From Stegostoma tigrinum (lineage: Eukaryota), in the NCBI RefSeq assembly GCF_030684315.1, contig NC_081360.1, forward strand, positions 29,061,818 to 29,125,817: 64,000 nt of DNA. Direction: 5' to 3'. The notes under the pieces are model-generated. The model was not told where the DNA came from and ran no database searches. It worked only from the letters and a program-made list of their open reading frames with translations. Below are positions 27,212 to 40,074 of this stretch, one piece after another. The translations under genes and the position numbers were made by a program. Each line of letters starts with the position of its first letter. Position 1 is the first letter of the stretch.

Positions 27212-27834
27212 GCAAGTACATTAACGTGCTAAATGGTATCCTTTCAGCTGTGAAACTTTCAACACTGTCCTATCATAGGTGCATTCAGAATGTAGCAGTA
27301 ATGGGATATTGTTTTGACTCTGCATCCATTATAGAAACAAGTATTCCTGCCACCAAGTTGGGGGGCGGGGGGGGGGAACTTAACAGTCAGTCCTTTGCTG
27401 TGTCATTTTTGATCAGTGATATTCTTTTCTTCCCTTTTCTTCCCCCACCCCCGCCACCCCATTCCATTACATGTGTGTTTGTTTTCCACCTGTCTCCCAT
27501 GCCGATTGATTGTTATGTGCAAATTTGCCCCAAAATCTTTCCCAAAACTCAACAAGTGGTATATTTGGGTTCTATTAGCAAAGGCTCATGATCCACGTTG
27601 TTTGACTTCTCAATACTAATTATTGCATTTGATACTTAGTGATCAATATGGCACTCAATTAATATTATGTTAATTGAAGTAGTACCTCCACCCCAGTGAC
27701 CACACCATAATGACTTGAGGAACCTTTGATTTATTGACTTTTGGATCCTTTATGCTTGTATTTAGTTCATTTTGCTTACAGGAATGATAAATTTTATCTG
27801 ATTAAAATCTTTGTTGTACTAGCTCCTATGACAA

Positions 27835-28730
27835 ATATAAAAATTGTGAATAGTAGCAGGCCATTCAGCCCCTCAAACCTACTCTACCATTTGATAAGAC
27901 CATGGCTGATGTGAATGACCTCTCTCCACTTTCCAGCTTACCTTGTTAGTCAACAATATATATGTCTTAAAAATAGTCAATGGCCCTACTTTCTGGGGTG
28001 AAGAATTCCACAAACAAATGGTCCTTTTTTTTTTAGAAAAAACAGATCCTCATCACTGTTTTGTAAGGGGTCACCCCTCATTTTAAAAAAAAAAATCCCC
28101 TAATTCTAATCTTCCAAGCAAGAGGAAACCTCCTTTCAGCATCCATCCTACCAAGTCCCCTAGGTTCTTGTATACTTCAATAAAACTGCCTCCCAGTCTA
28201 AACTCCAGTGTATAGTCTAAATCAATCTACCCTTTCCCCATAAGATAACCACCTCCTCTTGGGAATCAATTGAATGATCTCCTGTGCACTGTTTCTAATA
28301 TTATGTCCTTTCAGTAGAGATCATTGTGCACAGTCGTCCAAATGTGATCAAAAACTAATATCCCTTACACAGTAGCTTAAAAAATGTTTTTTATTGCAAG
28401 GGGGATTCTAAATAAACAGCATTCCAGTTTCCTTCTAGTCAATGGCTGTACCTCCTAGTTAACATTTTGTGATTCATGTGCCAGGACACTCAGATCCCGC
28501 TGAGCTATAGAGTTCCAGTCCTTTTTTCCATTTAATTAATATGCTGCTTCTCTCTTCCTGCCAAAAAGAATAATTTCACATTTTCTCACATTATACTCAA
28601 GCTACTAAAGTTTTACCCACTCAATAACATCTCTTTACTGCTGTGCAGACTCCTTAGGTCCTCTTCATAATTAAGTTTGCTACCTATCTTTGTGCCATTA
28701 GCAAAGTTAGCAACCATGCATTCAGTCTCT
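27835..28730 (-). mobile_element. CR1 LINE 3' fragment
   Basis: Begins with the reverse-complemented CR1 tail (tagcaggccattcagcccctcaaacc); degenerate RT end gtgccattagcaaagttagcaacc (VANFANGT). Confidence 0.7.
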
Positions 28731-29493
28731 TTTGGTACAGACAGTACAGATGTAATTGTCTATGATCACATGACCCGCCATATACTAGGGCCAAAACACA
28801 GCCCCCTTCGCCGGTCATCTTTTTACAGTGTTATTTGACTTATTTTTACCCTAATCTGACTACTAAACCATACTTGGTAATCAGCTATATTACTTCGAGT
28901 AAACCTTAATCCTATTAAAACCGGTCAGCAGACTGAATTCCTATCTCTTTTGAACTTGCTGGATTGTGTTCTCTTTGCGCTGATTTTTACCATAAGGCCT
29001 CCACTGCTCTTCATACTCTCAGCTTACCAGGACATTCCTCTCTGCATTGCTTTTACAGTGAAGCCTCTGCTAATTCTCATGTGTTTTTTTTCTAAACTTG
29101 CCAGGTCTTCCTCCATGTTACGTTTACAATACACCTTGATCCTATCCAAATCTGTATAAAAGACCAAAGCTGCTGTGATAGTCTTTGCAAATGTTAACAA
29201 AACAAATCTGAATTTCATCACTAATAATTCAGATATAATAGTTGCTGTGTTCAGAATAATTCAAGTTTTAAATTAATTAACGTGCACCTTTTTTAACCCC
29301 TTTTAAATATGGGATTTTAGATTTCTTTGCCTATAAAGATCAACAACCTGTGTAGAGAAATGTAGATGCACATTCACTTCACTGTGAAGCTGTGCATGGG
29401 TTGACTGATATGTTCTGCAAAAACTCTTTGCTTAGATCAATGTAGACTGTCAACACAATGGCTTTGTAACTACTTGCTTTTTCCACTTTGTAG

Positions 29494-29558
29494 GTATAAA
29501 GCAGCTGCTTAAACAAGGACCAGTGAAAAAAGTGTACAATGGACTTCAGGGATATTGA
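29494..29558 (+). CDS. DNAJB11: DNAJB11 exon 10, last coding exon
   Basis: tgtag|GT ATA AAG...TAT TGA; IKQLLKQGPVKKVYNGLQGY*, the characteristic DNAJB11 C-terminus. Confidence 0.96.
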
Positions 29559-30610
29559 TGAAAACACAAATGAAACAGACTTTCATGTGATACTGAAAAC
29601 TATTTATTATGAGGTTTCTAATGTTGAATGTATTTTTTGGGTTGGAAAAGAATTGCTAACATTTTGAAAAACTGAAATCTGTTTGATTCTAAGCAGCACA
29701 AGATATACATTGAAATTTTTATTTCGACCTTTATTCAATTTTTTGACCCCTGCCCCAAAAAAAAAATTGACTCTGGCCAGAACAGCAAAATATGTTAGCA
29801 TTTTAAGATGACTGGATATGTTTCAGTTTTTATATTCTAAACAAAAGAGGCAAACTGTAAACTTCTCTTCATCTTTAACTATGTTCTGTTACTTCTAAAA
29901 TGTTAGGTATTATGGTGGTTCAATTTTTTTCTCAAGAAACAAGTGCATTGATTTCAGTGCAATGTCCAACTTTGTAAAAATTGTTCAGAAGTACTTAAAA
30001 TTCGAATTCTGTTATTTTTGAGATGAGGGGGCCAAATATTGCTCCAATGGTCAAAGCAATTTGGTCTCTGTATTATCGAAATATGAAGAATACACCATAT
30101 AGATTTGAGCAAACTTACCATTTGATTTTAATTTGTCACTACAGCTGTAAATTGACTTTGAAATTTTGAAAGGATGGCACAGTTTGAAAGTGACACTGTA
30201 TTGTACGTTGTCAAATTGAAAGTTAAACAGTAAACAACATTGTTATAAGGTGCAACTCATCAGCTAAAATTGATTGGGGAACAAAATGCATCTTGCTGTA
30301 GACAGCAGGATCTATGCATTTCATTTTTTTGTATTTTGTTGTTTCAGTTGAAGACTTGGAATGCTGAAGTCAATTGCTTCAAATTAAATTCAACAAAAAT
30401 CGTTGAATGTGTGAAACTTGGTGGATTCTAGCATAGTACTTGATCACTACAGATACTGAGGATTTTTTAAAGCGGCAATTAATATAGCTTCCTCAACTGT
30501 ACCTACTCTTAAAAAAAGAGAAAATGACAATTGTACAGATTGCACATTTCAAAGCTTCAGCTGACTTAGAAACATCTTTCAGTCAAACTTTAGTTTGCAT
30601 AAAGCATTGC

Positions 30611-31031
30611 AATAAAGGACCAGGTGCACTGCATACAAGGGTAGATACAGTTTAACTATTTTCATGTAATACTCCACTTATTATGTAAAACTTAAACAAA
30701 ACAGTGTCTGTACAGTTAATTGAAACATACAAGCAAGCAATTGTTTTTAGCATCCTGTTTTCATAGTCCAGAATTGCAAAATATTGAAAATACTGCTACT
30801 AGATCAGCAGAGTGCTCCGTTGCTGTTCAATGTTTTTCAAAAATTGTATTTGAGCACTTCCAAATTGAGTTAATTGTTTTCTTAACTACTTCTATTCAAA
30901 GTTTGATTGTTTTTCTCATTACTTCAAAGTATCAAACAAAAATGCAACAAAATTTTAATTTGAAAAGGTTTGATGTGAAAAGCAAACATTCTTCTAAAAT
31001 TGAACATTTTTTGTATATATAGCTAAATAAA
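30611..31031 (+). terminator. Candidate DNAJB11 polyadenylation signals (AATAAA at 30611-30616 and 31026-31031)
   Basis: Canonical hexamers in an AT-rich stretch with no obvious repeats after the stop codon; usage cannot be determined from sequence. Confidence 0.4.
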
Positions 31032-32123
31032 AGATTTAGTTGAGGCATTTTTGAGAAGCTTACATTTTCACAATGAAAAGTAGAACATTTTGCAACTTTT
31101 TTTAAATGTCTCTGTAAAAGTTGTACAGAAAATTGGGTGATCTGCAGATATTTGCGTTGCTTTTGATGTCCGTGGTGAATATACCAACACTAAATTAAGA
31201 GGCTGTATACACAATACAAATGGTCTTTTACATATACTTATGAACAAACCTGTACATTTTGCTTTGTTTTGTTCTGGGCATTTTCTATTGCACATAAAGT
31301 ACATGAGTGACCATATTTAATAAGATGATCTAGTCAGATACATTGGCTGCAAATGGAAATGCTAATCATTACCATTTTAGTGTAGCTCAGTTAGTAAAAG
31401 TAAATTACAAACTTATTTGTACTAAGCTGTTTTATGAACATATAGATTATACAAGGACTCTTTTGGGATGGAGGGGGGAAACGTGTCTATAACTGAAAGC
31501 AAGGGTCAGTTTTTTTTAAACAACAAGATGCTTAATTCATAGCTTTTCGGTATTGCCACTCTCTCACGTTTTAAAGAAGTGGAGTCTAAGGCAAACCGTC
31601 TCAAATAATGGGTTCAGTCAACATTTTAGGTGTCTCAAGCTTGACCTGAGTGCTTATAGCTGCATGGTCCCTGTAATTCACTTTTTTTTTTCATACTAAG
31701 TGTGGCATAAGTGTTCTTTTTTAGGCCTGATTTACAGCAATGTTTAGCCAGTGAAAAGGGGTCACTGAAAAAAGTTGAGATATACTAATTTAAACTGTAC
31801 CATATAACTTGTGATCAAGTGAAGAATTGCTTAAACCTGAGAGAAGGAAGGAAAGTACAACTTGCTGCCACTTGTTATGAAAGCCGGTAACCATCTGTCA
31901 GCAACAAATAACTATATGGGCAAAAAACAAAGATTGCCTTAAATATCTGCAAATTTAGATTTATACCATTTGGTCCTACTTGGTATGTACGGACTAAAGA
32001 TGACAGAGTCCCGACTCTATAATCAGTAAATCCTGATCGACCTAGTGTTCTTGTACATGTTGCTGTCATCCAAGTGAATCTGTAATGTTAATGCAACCAG
32101 ATCTATTGTTGTGGCTTTCAGCT

Positions 32124-32680
32124 GATGACATTGGTCCTGTCCATGGTGGGGAGTGGGTCTTTAGTTGGACCTACAAGTGCTCACCTGAACTAAAGACCCA
32201 CTCCCTGCCATGGACAGGACTGCTGTCATCTACAAGATTCCCTGCAGAGACTGTGAGAAACACTACAGCGGAAAAACAGGAAGGAAACTAACAGCAAGAG
32301 TACGTGAACACCAACTGGCTACAAAAAGACATGACCAATACTCACTTGTCTCAATCCACATGGACAAGGAGAACCATGATTTCGACTGGGACAACACCAA
32401 GATCCTGGGACAGGCTAGGCAGAGACAAGCATGAGAATTCCTGGAAGCATGGCAATCCACCAAGCAGTTTGTTAATAAACACATTGACCTCGACTCCATA
32501 TACATCCCACTATGGAGGGAAACCGGAAGTGAGGCAATCTATCGCAACGGACCCCAGAGTTTAAAAGCCAGGTGGGGAAAACACAACGATGCTTCATCAG
32601 CACGGTAACGAAATGTTTGCGGAACAACAAATCAGCTTGGCACACTCTCAACCCAAACTACAAATCTACTCCAAAACCTT
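32124..32680 (+). mobile_element. Penelope-like element (third family), GIY-YIG fragment with short 5' inversion
   Basis: AVIYKIPCRDCEKHYSGKTGRKLTARVREH...FDWDNTKIL...*EFLEAW; 32134-32166 is the reverse complement of 32188-32220 (2 mismatches). Confidence 0.85.
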
Positions 32681-34289
32681 AGAGATTTAGACTGTTTTCA
32701 TCAAGTTAAACAGATTTATTATGGGGGGGGGAAAGGGCAATTGACAATCAAAATTTGGCACCCCAAATCAAAAGTCTGGATGTGTAAGACGTACGTGTCC
32801 TATCAGATGAGACGTAGCTGGCAACTGCCAGTTTCAAGTTACCTCATAAGTGGTAATCTGAAATTGACTACATTACTCTATCCTGGCGAGTTCTGTGTTG
32901 CCACCTGCAATTTTTGATTTGTTTTTAATCCTGAATTGGTTTCGAAAAGTGTGATTCTCAATATAAACATATTAGAATACTTTAGTCTTTTTTGTTATTT
33001 ACCTGCTAATTTCCAATCTTGCACACTTGCAGTGCTGAAAAAAAGGAAGAATAAGAGGATTTTTAAAATGCTGGAATTAGATAAAGATAATGTAGTTGTC
33101 CCTATTTGAACAAACTCCTTTGTAGACCATATTAGTTTCACTTTATTTTAAGACAGTCTTGCAAATTAAAAAGAATCTATCTAAGTAGCACCTTTCATGA
33201 TGCAAATGTAAATAATGAAGTATTTTTAAGTATGGTACTGTTGTATTGTGGGAAATAGTAACAAGTTTGCAGGTATCAACGAGACCACTAGATAATCTGG
33301 CTTGAGTAGTGGAGGAATAAATTTAGTATGGGCAGGGGACAATATCCTGATTTAAAGCCAGGGTCTTTTATTTGCGTCCACCTGCTGTTTCATTCTTTTT
33401 TGCTACAATCCTGACGATTACTGAATAAGCTAAAGCTTCCTTTCAGCTGAATAGCAGAAAAACTGGAGATATTGTCTCCATTCCCCAGTTATGAACTTCA
33501 TGCCTTCCCCTGCCAACTGTCTGCAACAAAACCAAACTACAAACGTGTTTGGGATATCACTGAAGTCTGCCTATTTCCATCACCCTAGCACCCACACGCA
33601 CGCTTGCCTAAACTCATCTGTCGAAACTGTACTTTGTTACCTTTAGGCAGGACTCTTCCAGTGTACTGCTGGTCTCCCATACATCACACCTTTAAACTCT
33701 GTTGCCTGTGTTCTCAACGCTATTCATCTGATCACTCACCCAGACTCGAAACGGTAACTTTTATTTTCTTCCAACAGATGCTGCCAGACCTGCTGGGTTT
33801 CTGTCTTTGTTTCAGCTCTCCAGCACCCCGCAGTTCCTTGTTTTATTATCCGAATGTGCTCTTGGAGCTTCCGTCGTTCTTTTTTTATTTATTTTTCTAA
33901 CCAACCGATTCACGTTATTTTCCCATTTCCAGCACTGTAAAAAATTGTTTTTATTTTCTCCAGCACGGAAAAAGGTCAGCACAGGCCACGGCGGTCACCA
34001 AACATTCATGTACTCTATGCTCACCTTGCAGCACTTCGCTCGCAGCCTCAAATGCTGATGTTTCGGCTGTTCATCTAAATAGTTCTCAAACGTCTTGAGG
34101 GGTCCGATGCGTTCGGACTGTACAAACTCTGTAACTGCCAACAGCGTATGCCCCCCCCCCCCCCCTTTCTACCCCGCCTTTTCCCTTCGCAGTACCTTAT
34201 CCACTTTCCAAACTTGTGGCATGAAGCCAGATGATGGGACCTTGCGAACTTCAAAGTGATGGGGGACCTGGCTGGTGTCACTACATTGC

Positions 34290-34498
34290 CGTCACACCGA
34301 GCCAATAGCTTGCGCGTTCGGCGGGGAAAGGGCGGGAAAATGCGGAGTGTCTCCGGGCAGATTAGCAGCGCGCGGGAGGGAGAGTGGCCGTTGGGATTCG
34401 GATGGGAGGACGCGAGCAGCGCGCGCTGGTCGCTAGTCCTCGCCGTTGTTGACAACAACAGCAGCGGTGGCGGGAGCTTGAGCTCCAGTGGCGGAACC
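34290..34498 (+). promoter_or_regulatory. CpG-rich promoter/5'UTR of the CDK2-like gene with CCAAT box and E2F site
   Basis: CCAAT at 34302-34306; GCGGGAAA (E2F consensus TTTCCCGC on the - strand) at 34332-34339 with an adjacent GCGGGGAAA; dense CpG; strong Kozak context ggaaccATGg at 34499. Confidence 0.7.
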
Positions 34499-34614
34499 AT
34501 GGACAACTTCCAGAAAGTGGAGAAGATCGGTGAGGGTACCTATGGAGTGGTCTACAAAGCAATGAATAAAGTCACAGGAGAGATGGTGGCACTGAAAAAA
34601 ATAAGACTGGACGC
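34499..34614 (+). CDS. CDK2: CDK2-like (CDK2/CDK3 subfamily) kinase exon 1
   Basis: [38 protein letters not shown](A)|gtgagt; Gly loop with T14/Y15 and catalytic K33; 116 bp. Orthology to CDK2 vs CDK3 is uncertain. Confidence 0.93.
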
Positions 34615-36033
34615 GTGAGTTATGATCATTAGCAAATCGAAAACTAATAAAAAACACTCGCTGACAGGTGACTTCTGTGAAGTGTCGACTCCAGTACTTC
34701 CTGCTGATGCAAAGCTCCTGTGTCTTATGTGGCTGTAAGATGGCCACACTTAAGTTTTGAAATGTTACGTTATTAATCAGAAAGGCACACATACGCACAA
34801 TGACAATGCTCTTCTGTGTTTGATGACAGTAATATATGATTGGGATGTTTTACTGCACCTAAATCCAAGGAAAATGTGCCGAAAAAAGTAGATTATTAAA
34901 TGTCATCTGAAGATGCTTGTATACACACGTTCATGTTACGTTCAACAGGTTCGTAACAGTTACACCATGGCTAGCGGGGTACAGCTATAAATTAGATTTG
35001 AAAATGGAAATAATACACATGCTGCATAAACATTGATAACATCATCAGATGAAGACAGAGCAGAATAACAATTCTAATAGCAAACAATAAATACAAACGA
35101 AATATTAAGTTGATATCCCAATTTTAATACCATAGATAATTTGAATGAAGTTTTGCTATCAGTGATTTTAATATGATTTGCTTAGTCCAATTGCTGCTTG
35201 CTAATTATTTCCGGGCATTCATCATTCTCTTAGCACCTTATTGTTATGAACTGCCATCTAACCATGTAACGGAAAGACTCATTAAAGAACAGCCAATTGT
35301 TTATTGCAAATGCCGTAACAATTTGAAAAAAAAAGCTCCAAAAGTAATTTTTAGATGATAATAATTCCATGTATAGCGTGGGAGAAACATTCAGATAGAG
35401 TCAATAAAGAGACATTAGGTGCAATTGCTTTTTACTGTTCTGTGAACCATGCTGCTAACCTTTTCAGATATATGTATTAGTATCTCTAAACTGTGTCTAC
35501 GCAGTCTGGCTGGACCCTTTTATTACATTACCACTTGCCTTGGTCTCTGATATCCCCACTTTATCCTTATTCTGGAATAAGGCTTTCTAACTTTTTACAC
35601 TCTGTATTTAAATTTATAGATTACAAGTACTGAATACTTTAATGCAGTGTCCTCAACCCCTGTCTTTACATGCTTCACTCTCCCAAACCTGTTCTATTCT
35701 GCTCATATCAGTGCTATATTATCTACATCACTACCTAGATATTCAGTTATACTTCATTTCCCTTAAGTTTATCCTTTATTTGATTCCCATTAATGAAGCA
35801 ATTTGTTTTTAATCATCTACATTCTCATTATAGCATCAACATCATTAGCATCACCTCACCCAAGTCAAAATCTCAGCGATCAAAACAATCCAGGACTCTG
35901 TATGACTCAATAGGGTTGGCTTGATTTCCACACGAGGGTTAGGGTTCTGTACCATTTCGAGGAACAGCTGAACTGTTCTGTATGAATTTCAATCTAGTGT
36001 AGATATCTCTGTTCCACATCCTGTAATATCATA

Positions 36034-36186
36034 CAGAGTCAACATTTCAGTTCTGGTGACCCTTCCTCAGAACTACCCTTCTGAGGAAGGGACACTGGAC
36101 ACGAAACATTAACTCTGATTTTTTCTTCATAGATGCTGCCAGACCTGCTGAGCTTTTCCAGCATCTTCTGTTTTTGTTTCTGATGT
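36034..36186 (+). mobile_element. Fold-back PLE mini-element with hammerhead motif
   Basis: Arms 36034-36072 and 36079-36117; CTGAGGAAGGGACACTGGACACGAAACATT at 36081-36110, followed by the PLE terminal sequence. Confidence 0.8.
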
Positions 36187-36574
36187 ATAGACGTTTCCTA
36201 CTTCGATTATGTGAATGAGAACTGCACTTAGTCTTGTGGATGATGCATCTGCAGCTGCTATGGTAAATAAGCCTGGATTTAAGTCAACTGATACTTATAT
36301 GGAGAGTAGCTCCTCCTTAATCTTTTGAAAAGCTGCAGTCTGTTCCTGACTTCAGACCATTGCTGGTCTTTCTTCAAAACTTCTATGGTTCAGTAGGATG
36401 AACTTTCCCATTTCATTCACCTTGCATTTATTTCCTCCCCCACTATTGCCCCAAATTATTTAGTATTTTAGGTATGCTTTTAGTGGTTATATACATGCAA
36501 GAGTCAATCCCACTTTACTCCAAGGGTCTAACCAGGGTTTTGTATAACTGCAGCATAATATCTGCACTGTTATA

Positions 36575-37990
36575 TTAGAACAATACAGCGTAGAACAGGC
36601 CCTTCCGCCCTCGATGTTGCGCTGACCTGTGAACTAACCTAAACCCATCCCCCTACACGTTCCCATCATTATCCATATGTTTATCCAAGGACTGTTTAAA
36701 TGCCCCTGATGTGGCTAAGTTAACTACATTGGCAGGCAGAAAATCATGAGATAATAAATGGAACCTACATGGCAGTGTTGAAGACACAAGCTAGCAAACA
36801 TGATTGAGTTGATGAAATTAGTCCTGTTGATGTTATGTATGTGGATTTAATAAGATGTCCCATTGGTTTAACAAGCTGTGGCAGTCACGGTGTTGATACA
36901 ATATTGGCTATCAGACAGAAAACAGAAAATGGTGGTAAATGGATATTTCATAGATTCAAGGGAAATATATTGTGGTATCGTTTAGGTATCAGTATTCAGA
37001 TCACTGCTCTTTTAATATGTATTAATAATCTGGGTATAATTTAAATGTTTTCAGATGACACACAGATTGCAAATATAGTAAATAGCGAGGAGGAGGATAG
37101 CAAACTTCGGGAGGACAGACTGCAGAAAATAACATACACAGCAAGTTTGAGAAGCATGGAAATCCATTTTGGAAGAAAAATTGAGAATAGGCAATTTAAA
37201 CTGAATGGTACACCATGATTATTTTAAGTACCATTACCTTAACAAAAACTGTGCAACTTCTGAGAGAATCGAATAATTTTATTCTGTTATCATGTTCATC
37301 CCTGGGTAGTGTTGTAGAACAGAGAGACCTAGGGGTTCAGGTACATAATTCTTTGAAATTTGCTTCACAGGTAGACCTGGTGGTTAAGAAGGCATTTAGC
37401 ACACTTTGAGTGTAGGAGTTGGGATGTCATGTTGAAGTTGGTGAGGCCACTTCTGGAGTACTATGTACAGTTTGCTTGCCCTGGTATAGGAAGGACATTA
37501 TTAAACGGGAGAGGGTTCAGAAAAGTTTTACCAGGACGCTGCCAGGAATAGAGGGTTGGACTTGTAAAAATAGGCTGGATAGGGTGGGACTTTTTTTCAC
37601 TGGAGCTTAGGGGGTTGAGGGGTGATGTTGCAGAGGTTTATAAAATCATGAAGGGCGTAGGTAAGGTGAATGGCGAAGGTCTTTTCCCTAAAGTGGGGGA
37701 GTTCAAAACTAGGAGGCATCTTTTTGAGGTGAGAGGATAAAGATTTTTAAAGGACACGAAGGGCAACTTTTTTACACAGTGAGTGTTCAGTATGTGGAAT
37801 GAACTGCCAGAGGAAGTGGTAGATGCAGTTACAGTTACAACTTCTAAAAGACATTTTGATAACTACATGAATAGGAAATGTTTGGAGGGATATGGGCCAA
37901 ATGTAGGCATGTTGGACGATTTAATATGGGAATATGGCCAGCGTGGATTAATTAAACCAAAGGGTCTGTTGCCGTGCTGTATGACTTTTT
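36575..37990. mobile_element. Cluster of CR1/HER1 fragments (tail on - at 36575-36740; older and younger + fragments to 37990)
   Basis: GSVVEQRDLGVQVHNSLK; WNELPEEVV; ttttcagatgacaca; tail agggtctgttgccgtgctgtatgac. Confidence 0.8.
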
Positions 37991-38303
37991 GATTTTTCTC
38001 ACTATTCAGGTTGATCTTTGTAAGTTCCAACCAATATTAATATAATTAAGAAGTTGGAAAATTAATCATTAGATTACACTGAACTGCTTATTGAGTAAAT
38101 CATAAGAACATTTGAAGTCTGAATTTTTCAAACATAATTGTAATAGCACAGAGAAGGACACTCAGTTATTAAATTCTTGTGGGTTCTCTGTAGATAAATC
38201 TAGTCAGTCCCATTGACTGGCTATATCCCTGTTATTCTGCAAGTTTATTTCCCTTCAATACTTATCCATTTTCTTTTTAAATAGAGGGTATACAAGAAGA
38301 TAA

Positions 38304-38474
<171 letters not shown>

Positions 38475-38952
38475 TAAGAAAAGTTATTTTTGTTTTTCAA
38501 TCTGATTAGGCAATGTTCTGTGCAACAAGGAAATACAAATAGCTCAGAATTGGCTTTTGTAAAAGTTTAACAAATTTGTAAGCTTTTTCACTTACTATTT
38601 GTTAAATTTTTTTGTATGTTTGACTGCAAGTTATGGGAGTTTATTATTTGCTGAACCATCCATTATTAACACACATTGCTGTTTAGACAACATCAGAAGT
38701 CGAAGGCATCTCTTTCAAATTATTAAATCTAGTCGAACTTTGTTGATAACAAACTTATGGGAGCAGCAAAGTATTGTTAGCATGGTTTGAAAATAAGACT
38801 CCAGAAATAAAGCAGTTTGTTAGCTTTGCAATCAAAAGATCCCCCATTCTACATTCAAGATCTTTAAGTCAGACAATATGCTTAAATAATGCTGGTGAGC
38901 AGATCAGAATATGCAAGACTAGCATTCTGGAGAAATTAACCTAAAATTCCTG

Positions 38953-39092
38953 ATATAAAACCAAGAACTGTGGATGCTAGAAATCTGAAACAAAAACAAA
39001 TTGCTGGAGAAACTCAGCAATTTTGGCAGCATCCTTGGAGAGAATACTGCCAGACCTGTGAATTTCTCCAGCAATTTCTGTTTTAGTTTCAG
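38953..39092. mobile_element. Fold-back PLE mini-element without ribozyme core
   Basis: tctgaaacaaaaacaaattgctggagaaactcagc...ggcagc versus ctgccagacctgtgaatttctccagcaatttctgttttagtttcaga. Confidence 0.75.
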
Positions 39093-39640
39093 AGTTCCTA
39101 GATTTTGGTCAATTCTCATTAAACTTATTCAAAACATTAGTTTTTGTGGACACAAGTTAAGGACAGGACAATATTTGGTTCTGATGCACAAGATGACGGA
39201 CCTTGATGATACACGTTCTGTGGTTTGTATTGACTGGTTACTAATCAGGATGTTGCTGACATATTTGGTTTTATACCATGAGATGAGCTAGTGACTTCAG
39301 GAAAGAAAGAAAGATACCTGAGCATGGATGGGGAAAGGTCTATTTTCAGTGAAGTTTCCATATATTCTTTAATTGTCAGAATAAAACAAAATAAAATAAA
39401 AATAAATAGCATGAAATAAAGAAAGCATGACAGGATTCAAGAGAAGCTAATTGTTGGATGATACAATTTGTTCCATGCTGCAATTCTAAAATTTGCTAGT
39501 GTTTAGACTTTTTGATTGAAAACTGAGATCATGGTAAATTTCTACTTTTCATTTGTCATTTGCAATAACATGAATTTGAATCTACTAAAGCATAGTGTTG
39601 TAAAAAGCAGTCATGATTAATATGTGTACTCTTGTCTTAG

Positions 39641-39761
39641 ACTGTTAGATGTTATCCACAGTGAAAAGAAATTGTACCTAGTGTTTGAGTTTCTGAATCA
39701 AGATCTGAAGAAGTATATGGACTCTGCTCCTCCTACTGGACTCCCTTTGCAATTAGTTAAG
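39641..39761 (+). CDS. CDK2: CDK2-like exon 3
   Basis: cttag|A...AAG|gtaatt; [40 protein letters not shown]; 121 bp. Confidence 0.95.
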
Positions 39762-40074
39762 GTAATTAAGAATTAAACTTATCTTGACATAATTTACACA
39801 GGTTTGGAACGTCATGCAGATTTTCATCACCCAAATGCCAATTCTCCCCATTTTTGACTAACTTTTCCCCATCAACCCTTCTTCGTGATTCAAACCTGTC
39901 ACCATTTTCATTCTGGGAAGACATACAGTTAATAATTTCCCAAGCTTTTGCTAATTTGTAGCTTAAGTCAACCACAAACAGAAGTACAAATACAGAGATG
40001 TTTTGATTGTTTTTATTCTAACACTGTTGTGCCTCATTATTGGCACAGTCACAAGAATGAATAAAATTGTGGAA

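Noticed and set aside
27169-27591. 140-aa ORF as an independent gene
   Set aside because: It is DNAJB11 exon 9 read through the GC donor into low-complexity intron sequence.
34075-34798. Antisense ORFs over the CDK promoter and exon 1
   Set aside because: Expected in a GC-rich CpG island; no recognisable homology or splice pattern.
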